Of a stretch of 64,000 nt of DNA, positions 1 through 12,249 are shown piece after piece. The notes below the pieces were generated by a model. That model did no database searches, had not been told where the DNA came from, and saw only the letters and a list, made by a program, of their open reading frames with translations. Positions within the stretch are counted from its first letter, which is position 1; the number at the start of each line of letters is the position of its first letter. The position numbers and the translations under genes are program-made. Source of the stretch: Lama guanicoe (lineage: Eukaryota); NCBI GenBank assembly GCA_013239625.1, contig MU055783.1, positions 12,559,202-12,623,201 of the forward strand, written 5' to 3'.

Positions 1-949
1 AGATTTGGTCTAGCCCCACTCCAGCCCTAGAGCCTGGCCTGGTGCCTTATACAGTCTGGGGAACTCAATAAATATTTTGTACAAATGAACAAGAAAGAAA
101 TAAACAAGCACAACTTAAGAGGCGAAAAAAAAAATCAAAGATGTAAGACCCTTTCCTCTGGAGGAGATTTTCTCCCCGAGGAGACAGACATCTGGTATTC
201 CAAGTACTGGGAACTGTCCTTGGGCCATGTCTCTCTACTTAAAAGGCGTAACCTTGTTTAAAGTGCAAGCCAGTCACTTACTGTGCATAAAAATAGTGAC
301 TTTTAATTTTATTCACTCCTACATGGTCTACACAAATAGAAGAAGAACTTCTACATGATTGTAAAAACAATGAACATTCTAAAACAAATATATAATTGGA
401 TTTGAAACAGAATTGAGACACAGTCACATACATGCAATAAATGTCCCTCTGCAGACACTGGCTTGTGCTCTTCCTTCCAATATGCTTATAAGATTAAATG
501 GGGCAACACAGACTTGGTGTGTCCGCTTGTTTGCGAGAAAGTGGTATCCCAGGATTCATCCCTTCAAAATGAGTACAGCCTGGCTCCAATCAGTGCCTCT
601 GTCTGCCTGACTTCCATCTCCTACCACGTGACTTAAATTTAAGTCACAAGAATTTTCCTTTTTTCCTACCATTGACAGTGTCTTCGGTTTAAGTGCTCTC
701 TGCACTAAATGCCTCCATCTCTTTATTTTATTCTATCAACCTTTATTATCTATTACAACCCAGACCCTGTACTCAGCCTTTAGGGTAAGAAAAAAGGGAT
801 AAAGAATTGTGACAACAGTCTATCCGGGGCAAGAAAAGTAGTAAAAACAAAACCAAAAAGTCCCTAGAGGAGATACCACGATTTCTTGGGCTTTGTAGCC
901 CAGTGCCTAGGTCAGTGGCTGGCAAGTGTATCTTCAATGCTGATGCAAA

Positions 950-1260
950 GAAATGCTTCCTATCAGAGATAAATACAAGACCTGGGATGGAGGGAAGATT
1001 CTGGCACAGTTTCAAAGAAGCTGAGGCCTGAAGGGTGGGTCAGCAGGTAGATGAAGAGGGGAAGGGTGTGCCAAGGAGAGGTGGCCTGTGTAAAGGCAGG
1101 CGAACGAGCTGGGTGTATGGTGGGCTCAGAGGGTAGAAGGTGATGGGTATGGCTTGTGTGTTGACATCAACTGTGTTGGGAGTGGTAGCAGAAGATGAGC
1201 AGGAGATGGGTAGCAGGAGACATAATCAGAGGCCTGGATGTTGTCTTAAGGAGTTGTAAC
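950..1260 (-). mobile_element. L2 LINE fragment
   Basis: Degenerate antisense L2 motifs (gctgaggcctgaagggtgggt...gcctgtgtaaaggcagg...ttgtcttaaggagtt). Confidence 0.5.
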
Positions 1261-1429
1261 TGTATTACTACTTAACTTGTAACATGTGACAGTTACACAT
1301 CCCAGGTTAATCTCCTTGGGGCCAATCCCTATGTAACAGTTTATTTGTTGCACTCTAGCTGCATAGCACAGTGCAGTTCACAGAAGGAAATCACTCATCA
1401 CCTTGACTATCACCATCAATATCATCATG

Positions 1430-1650
1430 TGACATTTTCTGAGCTCTTAGTATGTGCCACGTCTTGCTCTGATATTTAAAAAAATGTCAACGCCCCCACT
1501 GAGGTAGCAACTGTCCTCACTATACCTCGGGGGGCAAACACAGGCTTGTGGAAATTTAGGTAACTTCTTCAATTCCATCTGGCTAGCAGATGCCAAAGCA
1601 GCTAAGATTTTTCACTAACTTTGACTTCAGGTTTTATCCCTCTAATGCTC
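1430..1650 (-). mobile_element. MIR SINE
   Basis: ttctgagctcttagtatgtgcca...gaggtagcaactgtcctcact...aaacacaggct...taggtaacttc resembles antisense MIR. Confidence 0.55.
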
Positions 1651-2109
1651 CACTTCTCCTGATAAACATCTGTTGATTTATTGAGTTTATATTTTTTCTC
1701 TGTCCCCAAATAGTTGCATTTGATGATCATTTTAACTCTATTTCAATAAGGTTCATTTTCTTTTCTTTTAAGCTAATAATGTGATGAGGTGGGCAAGGTG
1801 GACAGATGTGGTATTAGGTCAGCCTAGCCACTGACCTTCTGGACCAGGTATGAAGCCCACCTCCACCCCAGCCCCATCACTCGTATACATTTATTCTGGT
1901 AAATCAAAAAGTGCAGAAGTCTGAATGCATTTCACCAGCTATGATAAGCTTTCTCTCCTCTTCACATTTCCCAAAACTGACAGGTATCATTAAAACCTCC
2001 TCCATAATACTTTTAGCCATTAACTAAGTCCTGGTCTCCATGGGAAGAATAAATGAAAGCACATTTTTTTAAATGTATAAACTGAATCTTCAGAGGTACA
2101 GCGTTGGAG

Positions 2110-2123
2110 GTTGCCATGGAAAC
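2110..2123. promoter_or_regulatory. RFX X-box motif
   Basis: GTTGCCATGGAAAC is a near-perfect match to the palindromic X-box GTTRCCATGGYAAC, in non-repeat sequence. Confidence 0.45.
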
Positions 2124-2339
2124 TTCTCTCTCTCCTTCCCACTGTTTTTGGCAAGTATTTTTATTAAACAAAATAAAACAAAAAAAATTTAAATGCCCTC
2201 ATTAGCCCCATCTCCATTTCCAGCAGAGTCAGACCATTTCTTCTAAATGTCTTATGGCCCAAGTCATCGGCTCATGATTCCCTGAACACTAGAAAAACAT
2301 GTCCTTTAGCTCTCCCATAGTGAGAACTGGGGACTGAAT

Positions 2340-2720
2340 TCATTCAGTCACCATTCAGTACATGTAATCCAGACTCCCTATCTATAAAGCTCTGATCTAG
2401 GCCCTTTGTGAACAGAGACCCGTAAAAAGGTGTCACTTAAAGGAGTCAGTCATCTACTGTGAGGTAAAATGAGTACATGGCTATGGTTTAAGGCAGCATC
2501 TAAGAGAATTTCAAAATGCCATAAGGATTCACAGAAAAAAAGCAATCATATCCAGGTAGTGCCAGCAGTAAGGCTTCTTGGAGGCAGTAGCATTTAAATT
2601 GATCCTTGAAAGCTGACTTAAGAATTAAAGGGCATGAGGTCAGGTTTAATTATACCCCTTCTTCTATGTCAGGCTAAAGAGCCTAGTCTTTACTTACTGG
2701 AAAAGCTATTTTTGAGTCAC
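2340..2720 (-). mobile_element. L2 LINE fragment
   Basis: Starts with attcattcag tail; aaggcttcttggaggcagtagcatttaaattgatccttgaa and aggctaaagagcctagtctttact are typical antisense L2. Confidence 0.55.
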
Positions 2721-2727
2721 AGTGTTG

Positions 2728-2765
2728 TATGATGTGATGTGATATGATATGACATGATATGATAT
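2728..2765. repeat. (ATATG/ATGTG)n pentanucleotide microsatellite
   Basis: tatgatgtgatgtgatatgatatgacatgatatgatat. Confidence 0.8.
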
Positions 2766-3379
2766 ATCTAGATAATAAATCTGAAAGGATCAACCAGTGT
2801 GGGGATATGATAGCATTTTCCTTCCCACATATCAAGCTTAAGGTAGAAAAGACTGTCTCTCCCCAAATTAACTAACTAGATAGAAAAAAAAGTCACAAGA
2901 ATATTTCTTGTTTCAATGCTAAATGAAGCCCTAGCCAAGGATGAAACTAAACCTCTTACAAAGCACAGTGAAAGAGTTTTAGGAGGAAGGGCCCATGGTT
3001 CTTCCCTGATAGATAATGACTAAACTTTTCTATATGCAAACTAGCCGTATTCTTCATTATTTCCCTTGGTCACATATTTTGTACCACATTTACTCAATGG
3101 TGGAAATTAGAAACCAGAAACTACTTTAAAATAAAGAATGCTTAAAATCTGCTCTCCTTACATGGTCATTTCATTGAGGCAAAGGGCAGAAACTTGTTTA
3201 TCTTGGACTTAATAATTCCTGGGACTTAGCAGCTATAAGCAAGTTTTTGTGCACTAGAGTAAAAAGGCTTCTTGGACATCCAGCTAGGATGCTGACCCTA
3301 AAAAAAAATCATCCTCCTAGACCTTGAGATCTTCTAAAAAATTTTACTCTAAAATTTAACCCAAGAGCTATGACTTAAG

Positions 3380-3760
3380 TCAGTGTTTCTTAGCCTAGGA
3401 TTCCTAAAATGAAGTATTTTTGAAAGAGGGGAAAACAGATGTTTATGACAAATTTTTGCTACTTTTAAAGCTTAATTGAAGTTCTCCATTTACATATGGC
3501 AAGACTGGAAAATTCCTTGCTTTTCACTGGATATAACCATCTCAGTGGTCACACTGCCTGTATCTCCTGCTGATCAGGAGATCTACCCGGCAGCTGTTTA
3601 AGTCTCTGGTTAATTAAAAATGGGAAAACAAATTAATTATTACTTAATATATGCAGCTGGCTTGATAGCAACATTTTTTTATAACAGTGAATCCATAGAA
3701 GATACAAAAATGAAAATGAAATAATCCTTAGGTATAAAAATCTGGGACCCAGCAAAGTCT
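3380..3760. mobile_element. Probable old hAT-Charlie-type DNA transposon remnant
   Basis: Begins cagtgtttcttagcc, similar to Charlie TIR CAGTGGTTCTCAAC; family not resolved. Confidence 0.3.
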
Positions 3761-4539
3761 TGTGATAGTTCAACTAAGTACCTGTTACCTCCGTTATCAT
3801 ATTAAGAGGAATTCATCTTTCACAGGCACTGGGAACAGGACATGGGACAGATAAACTTTGATGTAAAAGGTGGGGGAGCTTGACCTCCTTCACAACTTAG
3901 TCTTAAGCGGGCCTTGGTCTAAGGCAAGTATTTACATATCATTAAAACAGCAGCATAACTGGCAAACAGCAAGCTCATCATATAAATGGCGGTGACTGAC
4001 AGGTTAAGTGGAATGAAATCTCAGAATTATTCTGCCATGATGGCTTGTGACACAGGTTAACAGAAAGGTTCAGTGAATTTGCGAATCAAGCTGGGAATCT
4101 CAATTAAGTCTAGTAAGTTCTGATTCTGGACTCCGAATCAGGAAATAATAGATTCTAATTGCTGCTGACTTACTGTGTGACCCTAGGCAAGTCAGCCGCT
4201 TTTCTTATAAAATGGATACAGTGCTTTGTTGCCTCTGAGTCACAGAAACACAGTGGAGGAAATTTACGCACGACTATTCTGAGTTCTGAGGAGGATATTT
4301 AGAGTCTTCCCGGCTCCAGAAGCTAATGGCTCTTTTGCCTTGGTGTATTTAATCTTAATTGATATTTCTTCAGCTTTACTAATTCCAGGGAGGCCAGCTA
4401 TGTCTAGACTTCTTCAGGGCCATTTCACATTGCTGTTATTGAGCAAATTATAAAGGGGAATTCACAGTGTAAATCCATCACCTTTCAACCACAGTAACAA
4501 TGACACCAGCTTCCTTAAATTTATATTGTTGTTTTCTTT

Positions 4540-4720
4540 CTAAGAGCTCTAAGCCCTTTTAGCTCACTTTGACCTCAAAGCATCCCAAAGAGGGACTCGT
4601 ACTAAAGTCTCCAATCCCCATTACGGATGGAAGAATCGAGAATCAGAGATAAGTAACTGGTCCAGGGAGATGGAATGAATTTTCAGTAGAGGTGAGATTA
4701 GGACACATATCCCTTGACTT
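4540..4720 (-). mobile_element. MIR SINE
   Basis: aatccccattacggatggaagaatcgagaatcagagataagtaactggtccaggg is the antisense MIR core. Confidence 0.55.
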
Positions 4721-6464
4721 TTTGCCTCGTAGGAACAGCTTGCTCGGTAGAATTCAACCGAGAGATGCGAAAGGATGCACCTCTCTCAAAACAGTCCCCT
4801 TATCAGCTTCCTAAAGTGTCTTATACTTGCCCTGATCCTATTCCTAAGACTAAATAATAATTATTATTGTTGTTGTAGCCAATAGATACTGAGCATATAC
4901 CTCATGCCAAATATTTATGACTCGTTTAATTTTCACAGCAGTTTTAGACATGTGCGCAATGACAGGCAGCAAGGTTAAATAACTTAACCAGGGGTCACAC
5001 AGCTGGTGGATTAAACATTAAAAGCCCTTATTAAAGGACAAATGTGACCTGTTTTGGGAGTGGTAGGATGGTTGACAGGAAAAGGGTGAAACCCTTGAGT
5101 TCAGATCTGAGTTTGAAACCTAACCCAGCAGTTCATGAACTATGAGCTCTTTGGTATGCTACACATCAAGAACAAAATGAATTGTGTTACTCCCTGAGTG
5201 AACTGTTTCCTGGTTTCCCATTGCTCTAGGTCTCTGCATGTTTCACATTTCCTGCCTCTCCAGCATCATCTCCCATCAGCCTCCTCCCTGCTCCCTGGGT
5301 CAGATCATATACCACCACCTTCTAGTTTTTCAAATGGGCCATAATCTCTCTCCTACTCCAGAGCCTTTTCACATCCTGTCCCCTTCTATGGAATGTATAC
5401 TCCACCCCATCTCTCACTTTGCATCAATAGTTAAGCACCCCCATCACCTATTAAGGGACCCTCATCTGAGTCTAAATTGCATGACTCCACAACTCTGTGT
5501 GGCATTCATTATTCTTTATGTGTATTAGACAAGGACACTGAAGTTCAGAGAGGTTTAATCAGTTGCCTCAGGTTATATTAGTTAGTACCTGAGCTAAAAT
5601 TCAAATCTAGTTCTAACTCCAAAGTTTGGGGTCTCTACACTTAACCAAGCTGCCCCTGATCCTGCTCTCTGACATAGCTGTAAAGAAATCAGGGCTGCCC
5701 AGTCCTTTCTTGCTACCCATCAGTTCACTACTGAAAACTAGGCCACCACAGGCCATACGTCTTAGACCTTGCTGACAATACAGGACTAAAGTCCACACTG
5801 CAAAGCAATATGTGAAATCCTTCAAAACTCTGCCCTCTTGGCCCACCTACGATACCTCGGCCAAGTGATCTATCCCAACAGTATTCCAAAGGAAGGCCAC
5901 AGTCCTAAGCAACTCTGTTCAATTCTTCCTCCTGAAAGTGGTAACCCAAAAGGAACTTCTGATAAAATCAGGGTCACTGAGACTGGATTGTTATGAGGAT
6001 CACTTCAGCCAGTCAACTTGAACTTACTTTGAAAACTCCCTGTTATTACGCCATTGGTTCACTCATTGGACACATTTATAACGAGGGACCGTCACGCGAT
6101 GCTCACTGCCTTGCGTCTTTCATATACTGTAGAGAACAGGCAAGACTCAGGCCTTGCCGTTTTGCCATCTTGGGGGAAATCAAATGAGAAACAAGAAAAC
6201 AAATGGAGCAATAAATATTTGCCAACTGTGACTGTGAAGGAAACCCAGGCAATAATGAAGGGGGCAGGAGGGGCTACTTCACACGATCTCTTCGTGGGCC
6301 TGAAAGATGTGAAACAGTGTCTACCACGTGCAAAGAGCTGGGGGAGAAAACTCCAGCTGGACGGGGATGACAAATGGCAAAGTTACGATTCAGTGTGGAG
6401 TTTGATGTGCTCATGATACTGAAGGAAGCGAGGAGGTTGAAACAGGAGAGTAAAATGAGAAGAC

Positions 6465-6725
6465 ATTCATTCAGCCATTCACAGACCTCTAGCAAGCCCC
6501 GCCGGGCATTATTCCAGGTGCTGGAGATAAACTAATGACAAAGAGACAGAGAAGCTCCTGTCCCCAGGAGTTGTTATTCCAGCAAGAGTTTGGAGTGACA
6601 GGTAGGCTTCAGGCCTTTGGGGTTTGATCAGTCATAGCCAGGAGTTTGGAGTTTATTCTAATTAGAATGAAAAGTCAGGAAGTAACTTCATGTCATAAAT
6701 ATTTTAAGAGCTCACCCCAGTTTCC
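6465..6725 (-). mobile_element. L2 LINE 3' fragment
   Basis: cattcattcagccattc tail; ccaggtgctggagataaactaatgacaaagagacaga; ggagtttggagtttattcta. Confidence 0.65.
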
Positions 6726-6864
6726 TCTGTGTGATGGCAGGCAGAAACCTCCAGAATTACTGCTGTTGTGATTTTGATGATTATCACTAATAAATATCCT
6801 GAGTCGCTCTTCCCTACGTTTTTGAAGACAGAAATCTTGTCAACAGAGTGACAAAAATTTCAAA

Positions 6865-6878
6865 CCACTAGAGGGAAT
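6865..6878 (+). promoter_or_regulatory. CTCF-like core motif
   Basis: CCACTAGAGGGAAT versus consensus CCASYAGRKGGCRS; 3' end imperfect. Confidence 0.25.
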
Positions 6879-7345
6879 CGTTTACAAAAAGACACCAGCA
6901 GAGAATGGTGTTTGCTCTTGGAGACTGTTTTCCTCCAGATTCTTTCTAAGCTAAAGCCAACTGACATATTAGCCAATAGCGTTTATAAGGCAGAAGCCCC
7001 TGATGCAAACTGAAAGAGAGTGGAAGAAACAGAGACCATCTGTAAATACAGGGGTAATTAATAATCAATCATGTCCCATTTCTCTCTGAGCCTTTTCTAT
7101 CCCTTTCTAATCACAGACTACTTTAGAATGTTAATAGTCAAATTCCATTTGATTCTTCTAGGAAAAGGAGAGGGTAGCTTTCACATCCTTTTGCAAGAAA
7201 GTGGACTACCTGCCTCCTTTGTCCTTGGGAAATACTGCTCTCTCCTGGAAAGAACATGGGTTTTAGACTGTGAAATCCTGATCCACATCCTAATTCTAGT
7301 GTTAGCTGTTAAATGTGGCTGAGTTACTTAGCTCCTCAAAAATGA

Positions 7346-7870
7346 GGAGTTAAAAACAGGTATTTAAATAAAAAATTGTACCTGAACGTTCACAGCAGCA
7401 CTATTATACACAATAGCCAAAAAATGGGGGGAAAAAACCCCCAAATGTCCATCAGCTAATGGAATGGATAAACAAAATGTTGTGNNNNNNNNNNNNNNNN
7501 NNNNNNNNNNNNNNNNNNNNNNNNNNNNNNNNNNNNNNNNNNNNNNNNNNNNNNNNNNNNNNNNNNNNNNNNNNNNNNNNNNNNNNNNNNNNNNNNNNNN
7601 NNNNNNNNNNNNNNNNNNNNTTATAAGAAATATCCAAAAGAGGTAAACCTATAAAGACAGAAGACAGAACAGTTGATGCCAGGGGCTGGTGAAGTGGCTG
7701 GGGAGTGACTTATTAATGCGTACAAGGCTGCCTTTCTGAGTGATGAAAATGTTTTGGTACTAGGTAGAGATGATGACTGTAACACTGTGGACATGTTAAA
7801 TGCCCCTGATTTGTATACTTTAAGTGGTTAATTCTACATTTTGTGAATCTCAACACAAATTTTAAAAAAG
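7346..7870 (+). mobile_element. Old L1 (L1MB-like) ORF2 end and 3' UTR, with internal N run
   Basis: gttcacagcagcactatt...acaatagccaaaa...ccaaatgtccatcagctaatggaatggataaacaaaatgt; gtgatgaaaatgttttggtactaggtagagatgatg. Confidence 0.85.
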
Positions 7871-8425
7871 GTGGGAGTCCCAAGAGCCCTCTCTCATTTT
7901 GAGTAGTTAAAGCCCAAATTTGGCACAGAAGTTATGTTTGCAAAATATGTTTCATGGAAACCTAGAGTTACCGATGGGCCTTTGGAATCCTGGAATAACT
8001 ATCTTTTCCACTTTATATCTTGATATCCCATGTCAGATTTAATATCTGCCTTCCATAGAGTTCTTTATAGGGGAAATTTTTTTAATCCCATATTATAGTG
8101 GTCAGTCTTTATCTGGTTTTAAATTAAAGAGGTTAAAAAATGATAAGCTAAGGACTTAACTTGAACTTGGGAGTCTGTATTTTATATTTAAATTATTTCT
8201 GATGTTGAAAAGCATTAGACACTTTAAAGGAGCTAACAGATTAGCCTGTGTTCATTAAGCAATTACTCTTAGACTTGTGGTTTCTCTTTGAAAAGTATAA
8301 TGGTATTTAAACTTGGTAAATAGTTTTAAAGTCACCATATTAGTTTTCCTGGAATTGTTTAAGTATTTGGGAAGGTTTTGATTATTAGTCATACCTCAAA
8401 CTGTTTAAAAAAAAATAAATAAATT

Positions 8426-8665
8426 GGGATAAATTGGGAGTTTGAGATTTGCAGATACTAACTATATATAAAACAGATAAACAACAGTTTATACTATATA
8501 GCACAGGGAACTATATTCAATATCTTGCAGTAACTTATGGTTTAAAAGAATATAAAAACAAATATATGTATGTTCCTATATGACTGAAGTACTGTGTTGT
8601 ATACCAGAAATTGACACAACATTGTAAACTGACTATACCTCAATAAAAATATATTTAAAAAAAAA
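8426..8665 (+). mobile_element. Young lineage-specific L1 3' end (5'-truncated)
   Basis: gggagtttgagatttgcagatac...tagcacagggaactatattcaatatctt...gacacaacattgtaaactgactatacctcaataaaa followed by an A-rich tail. Confidence 0.9.
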
Positions 8666-9578
8666 CAGATAGAATAAATGAAGTCTACAGTATTTGAATC
8701 AGCTTAATAGATCAAGTTTGGAAATGGAACCAAACTAATCAAAATGATAATCAAAATATGCTTGACATATAAATAACATAATAAAATGAACTAGGAATTT
8801 TAAGGAAAACCAAAGTTTCTGAATTTATAGAGTATTACTTTAAAAATAAGCACAAAAATCATCTCCAAGGAAATCTAAAATTCACTTTGATATTTTCCAT
8901 TCAATAAAGCCATCCACACTCTACCTAATCTTCTGTCATGAATGCACATACATCACCTCCCTTACCCAGCCCATGTTGAACTTTTAGAGCTTAACTCTCA
9001 AGCACAGTGCAGGATAGCACAGCATTCTGACTTTACTCGTGAGCCTGCATAGCTTTGCCTCTCTTTTCTCAAAATATAATTTATAACTATCTTAGTTTCC
9101 ACTTGCAAGGGATGCNNNNNNNNNNNNNNNNNNNNNNNNNNNNNNNNNNNNNNNNNNNNNNNNNNNNNNNNNNNNNNNNNNNNNNNNNNNNNNNNNNNNN
9201 NNNNNNNNNNNNNNNNNNNNNNNNNNNNNNNNNNNNNNNNNNNNNNNNNNNNNNNNNNNNNNNNNNNNNNNNNNNNNNNNNNNNNNNNNNNNNNNNNNNN
9301 NNNNNNNNNNNNNNNNNNNNNNNNNNNNNNNNNNNNNNNNNNNNNNNNNNNNNNNNNNNNNNNNNNNNNNNNNNNNNNNNNNNNNNNNNNNNNNNNNNNN
9401 NNNNNNNNNNNNNNNNNNNNNNNNNNNNNNNNNNNNNNNNNNNNNNNNNNNNNNNNNNNNNNNNNNNNNCAGAGAGCATTCACCATTAATTGATCATGCT
9501 ACACTTCCCTGCAAACCCTGGCTATTGCCTTAGAATCTTTCTCAAAACAACCTTTTAGAGAACTGCTACCAAATTATC

Positions 9579-9737
9579 AGAAATAATGCACAGGAACTAT
9601 ATTCAATAGCTTGTAATAGTCTATAATGAAAAAAAATGAAAAAGAATATACATATAACTGAGTCACAATGCTATACACCAGAAACTAACACACTGTAAAT
9701 CACCTATACTTCAATAAAAAAAAAGAAATAATGCACA
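9579..9737 (+). mobile_element. Short L1 3' end with 14-bp TSD
   Basis: L1 3' UTR (ggaactatattcaata...acaccagaaactaacacactgtaaatcacctatacttcaataaaaa); TSD agaaataatgcaca at 9579-9592 and 9724-9737. Confidence 0.9.
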
Positions 9738-10527
9738 AAATGAAATCTGTTCATCACCTCCAGTCTTCACTCCTGAATTATTTTGTCAGCCCTACTTCTC
9801 CATCTTGTGTCCCTTAAGGAATAAAGTAAAGGTAACACTCTGTACCACTTCTGATATATGTGGTTGCCTGGCCAGGTTCCACTGAAAAAAAAAGTGACTG
9901 CTGAACAACACGTCTCGTATATGCTCCCAATCTATTCCTCAGCATAGAACACATTCAAATTGACTACTGAGAATATTCAAAGCTAGGTAACTCCAAGATG
10001 GAGCCTTGCCTGTTGCAAAAGTCCAGAGAACAGAACAGTCTCTTTCTAGAGGCCACAGATACTAACTTCTCCATGCTAGGTCTATCTCCAAATTGCCCTA
10101 CAGCTAAAGAATTAAACAGTTCATGCTATCATTGCACTTTCCAGGCTAATTAAATGGAATCATCCTCAGGACCTGTCATTCCCTGGACAGCCTTTTGAAG
10201 GAATACAGCATGGAAGCTCTACTGCAGTGGCGTATTACGGCGTGTTAATCTATCATCAGGATGCATTACCAGTAATTCTTCTGATACATTAGTGAGTACA
10301 CTGAGGTTTACTAAAGGTCAACTACATCATCAAATGAGTTTCCAGCTGACAGGATCACTTAAAATTATAGAACAACGAGTCCAGAAGCAAATTCATTAAT
10401 GGATTTTATTCTCAAGATAGCTCCACTGATGCTCAGTTACCAGAATACTTAACTAATTCTGCACAATAATTCCAGATGCTACCAGATTTGCAACACCTTT
10501 CCTCCGCACTCAACTCCCTCACTCTCT

Positions 10528-10548
10528 CACACACACACACACACACAC
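10528..10548. repeat. (CA)n microsatellite
   Basis: About 10 CA units. Confidence 0.9.
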
Positions 10549-10909
10549 GGCTTTTGTGCCTATTTTTGGATGGTTCTTTACCTCCAAATCTCTTTGCTTC
10601 ATCATATCTTCTTTATTGCGTGAGTTCTTCTCAGCTGTAGAAGTATCACACAGTAGAACCAGGACTGTGACGTGGTGATCCAAAAGTGGTACATATTCAA
10701 AACTTTCTTTCTAGAACATCTTGACACCTGGCAATGATTCGTTTATAGCTCAAACGATCTCTTTAAGAAAATAGTATTTTCTTTACTTAATTTTGTCTGT
10801 TTATGTAATTCAACCTAGTATATATGTGTACACAGTTTAGAAGTAGAAATAGATATATGGGAATGGTTTTCAGATAGTTTCAGATGGAGAACTGCCCTTT
10901 AAAAACGAG

Positions 10910-10955
10910 AGATTTTTGCTTCTGGCCATGATGGAGTCACTGGTACAGGCCTTGT
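10910..10955 (+). mobile_element. Short old L1M 5'-end fragment
   Basis: ttgcttctggccatgatggagtcactggtacagg resembles the L1M 5' terminus cttctggccatgatggagtaactgg. Confidence 0.4.
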
Positions 10956-12017
10956 GAGAGGGTTCAGTGCTGAGGAAAGGTGTTGGAATATAGCACAACA
11001 AGAAGGGCAAGAGTATGATCCAATAAACCCAACATTGGCCCAGCAAGGAGAGTAGTGCCAAGAGGATTTTCAGAAGATGCAGAAGTTCACCCATGTTGGA
11101 AGCACTTGGCTTTTTATCACTTGTTGTCAGAACTAAAAATTCCATTGAAGGTTCAACTCTTTATGTCGACTGCTGGGTGAAATAATTCTCCCCTCTTTCC
11201 ATCAAGATTCCTCAGTTAGAAGCACTTGGTTGCAATTAAAGTTGATATTTCAAATAAATACCAACCATGATGATAGTAAACATACAAATAAATATGACTC
11301 AAAAAGCTAAGTGCATATTTCCTTTTATGCTGACAGCACACTATTTTCTAAGTGAAATCAATTGTTCATCAAAACTTCTGGCTATTTCCAAATTATTTGT
11401 GGATTTTCATGAATTGTTGACGTGATTTTGTTTGACAGAGTTGTCCCTAGCCAAGTGATGTCCCTGTCTGAACCATAATGTATCGCGGTAAACCACATCC
11501 ACTCTTCCGACAACTTCCCCAATTAATTGGTAGTCATCCTATGACTTGTGGTCTTGCTAAGCAGAGAATTTCTGTAAACTCTCCAATACCACTTGCTTTG
11601 CGAGCCTTACACCACTGTTCTCTGCAGTCCCTGGATTCTAAGGAGGGGGAAAGGAGATGAAGGAAGAGGGAGCGCCCCCGCCAGTAGCTGCGTTGGTGAT
11701 GTGGTGGTGTAAGCACTGTGTGGCCCAGCCCCGTAAAGACAAGTGGGGAAGCACTGGTGGGCCACCAGGCTTTGACAGCCCCAGCAAACCAAGCACGCAC
11801 CCCTCCCCCAGCCAGTCTCAGTGGAGATTAACCCTGAGGGCAGAAGCAGGGAAGGGGGATGATGGTCTGATAACTCCTATTCCCACTTCCAGTGTAAACT
11901 GGACGTGCCCTGCAGAGCCCTCTTCCTGTTCAGGCAGACATGACCTACAGAGGCAAAGTCACTTAACAGACAATATGTGAGCTTCCAAAAGCACAGGTCA
12001 CTTCTGGAAAACTCCAT

Positions 12018-12057
12018 ACCGAAGACGGGGCTGGCACCACCGAAGACGGAGCTGGCA
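12018..12057. repeat. 21-bp tandem duplication
   Basis: accgaagacggggctggcacc followed by accgaagacggagctggca. Confidence 0.85.
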
Positions 12058-12249
12058 GAAAGGGCTCAATAGTGTTTCAGACATTACCATAACAAGGACG
12101 ACCATTCACCAGTAGTCACTGCAACATCCTGTGATGATTATCTTGCACTAATTTCTCTACTCATCACAATCATTATTGCCAAGAGACGAAGAAGACACAG
12201 CAAGTGTCAAGCTGATGACAACTCTGTGAATATTAACCACGACTTCAAA

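Noticed and set aside
7452-9489. Long ORFs containing X runs (also near 24311, 32962 and 56673)
   Set aside because: Artefacts of translating through N runs
11534-11800. Superficial resemblance of ORF words (LGHTVLTPP, GIGEFTE..LARP) to SLC25A46
   Set aside because: Spacing and DNA do not fit my recollection of that gene; treated as coincidence and no symbol assigned
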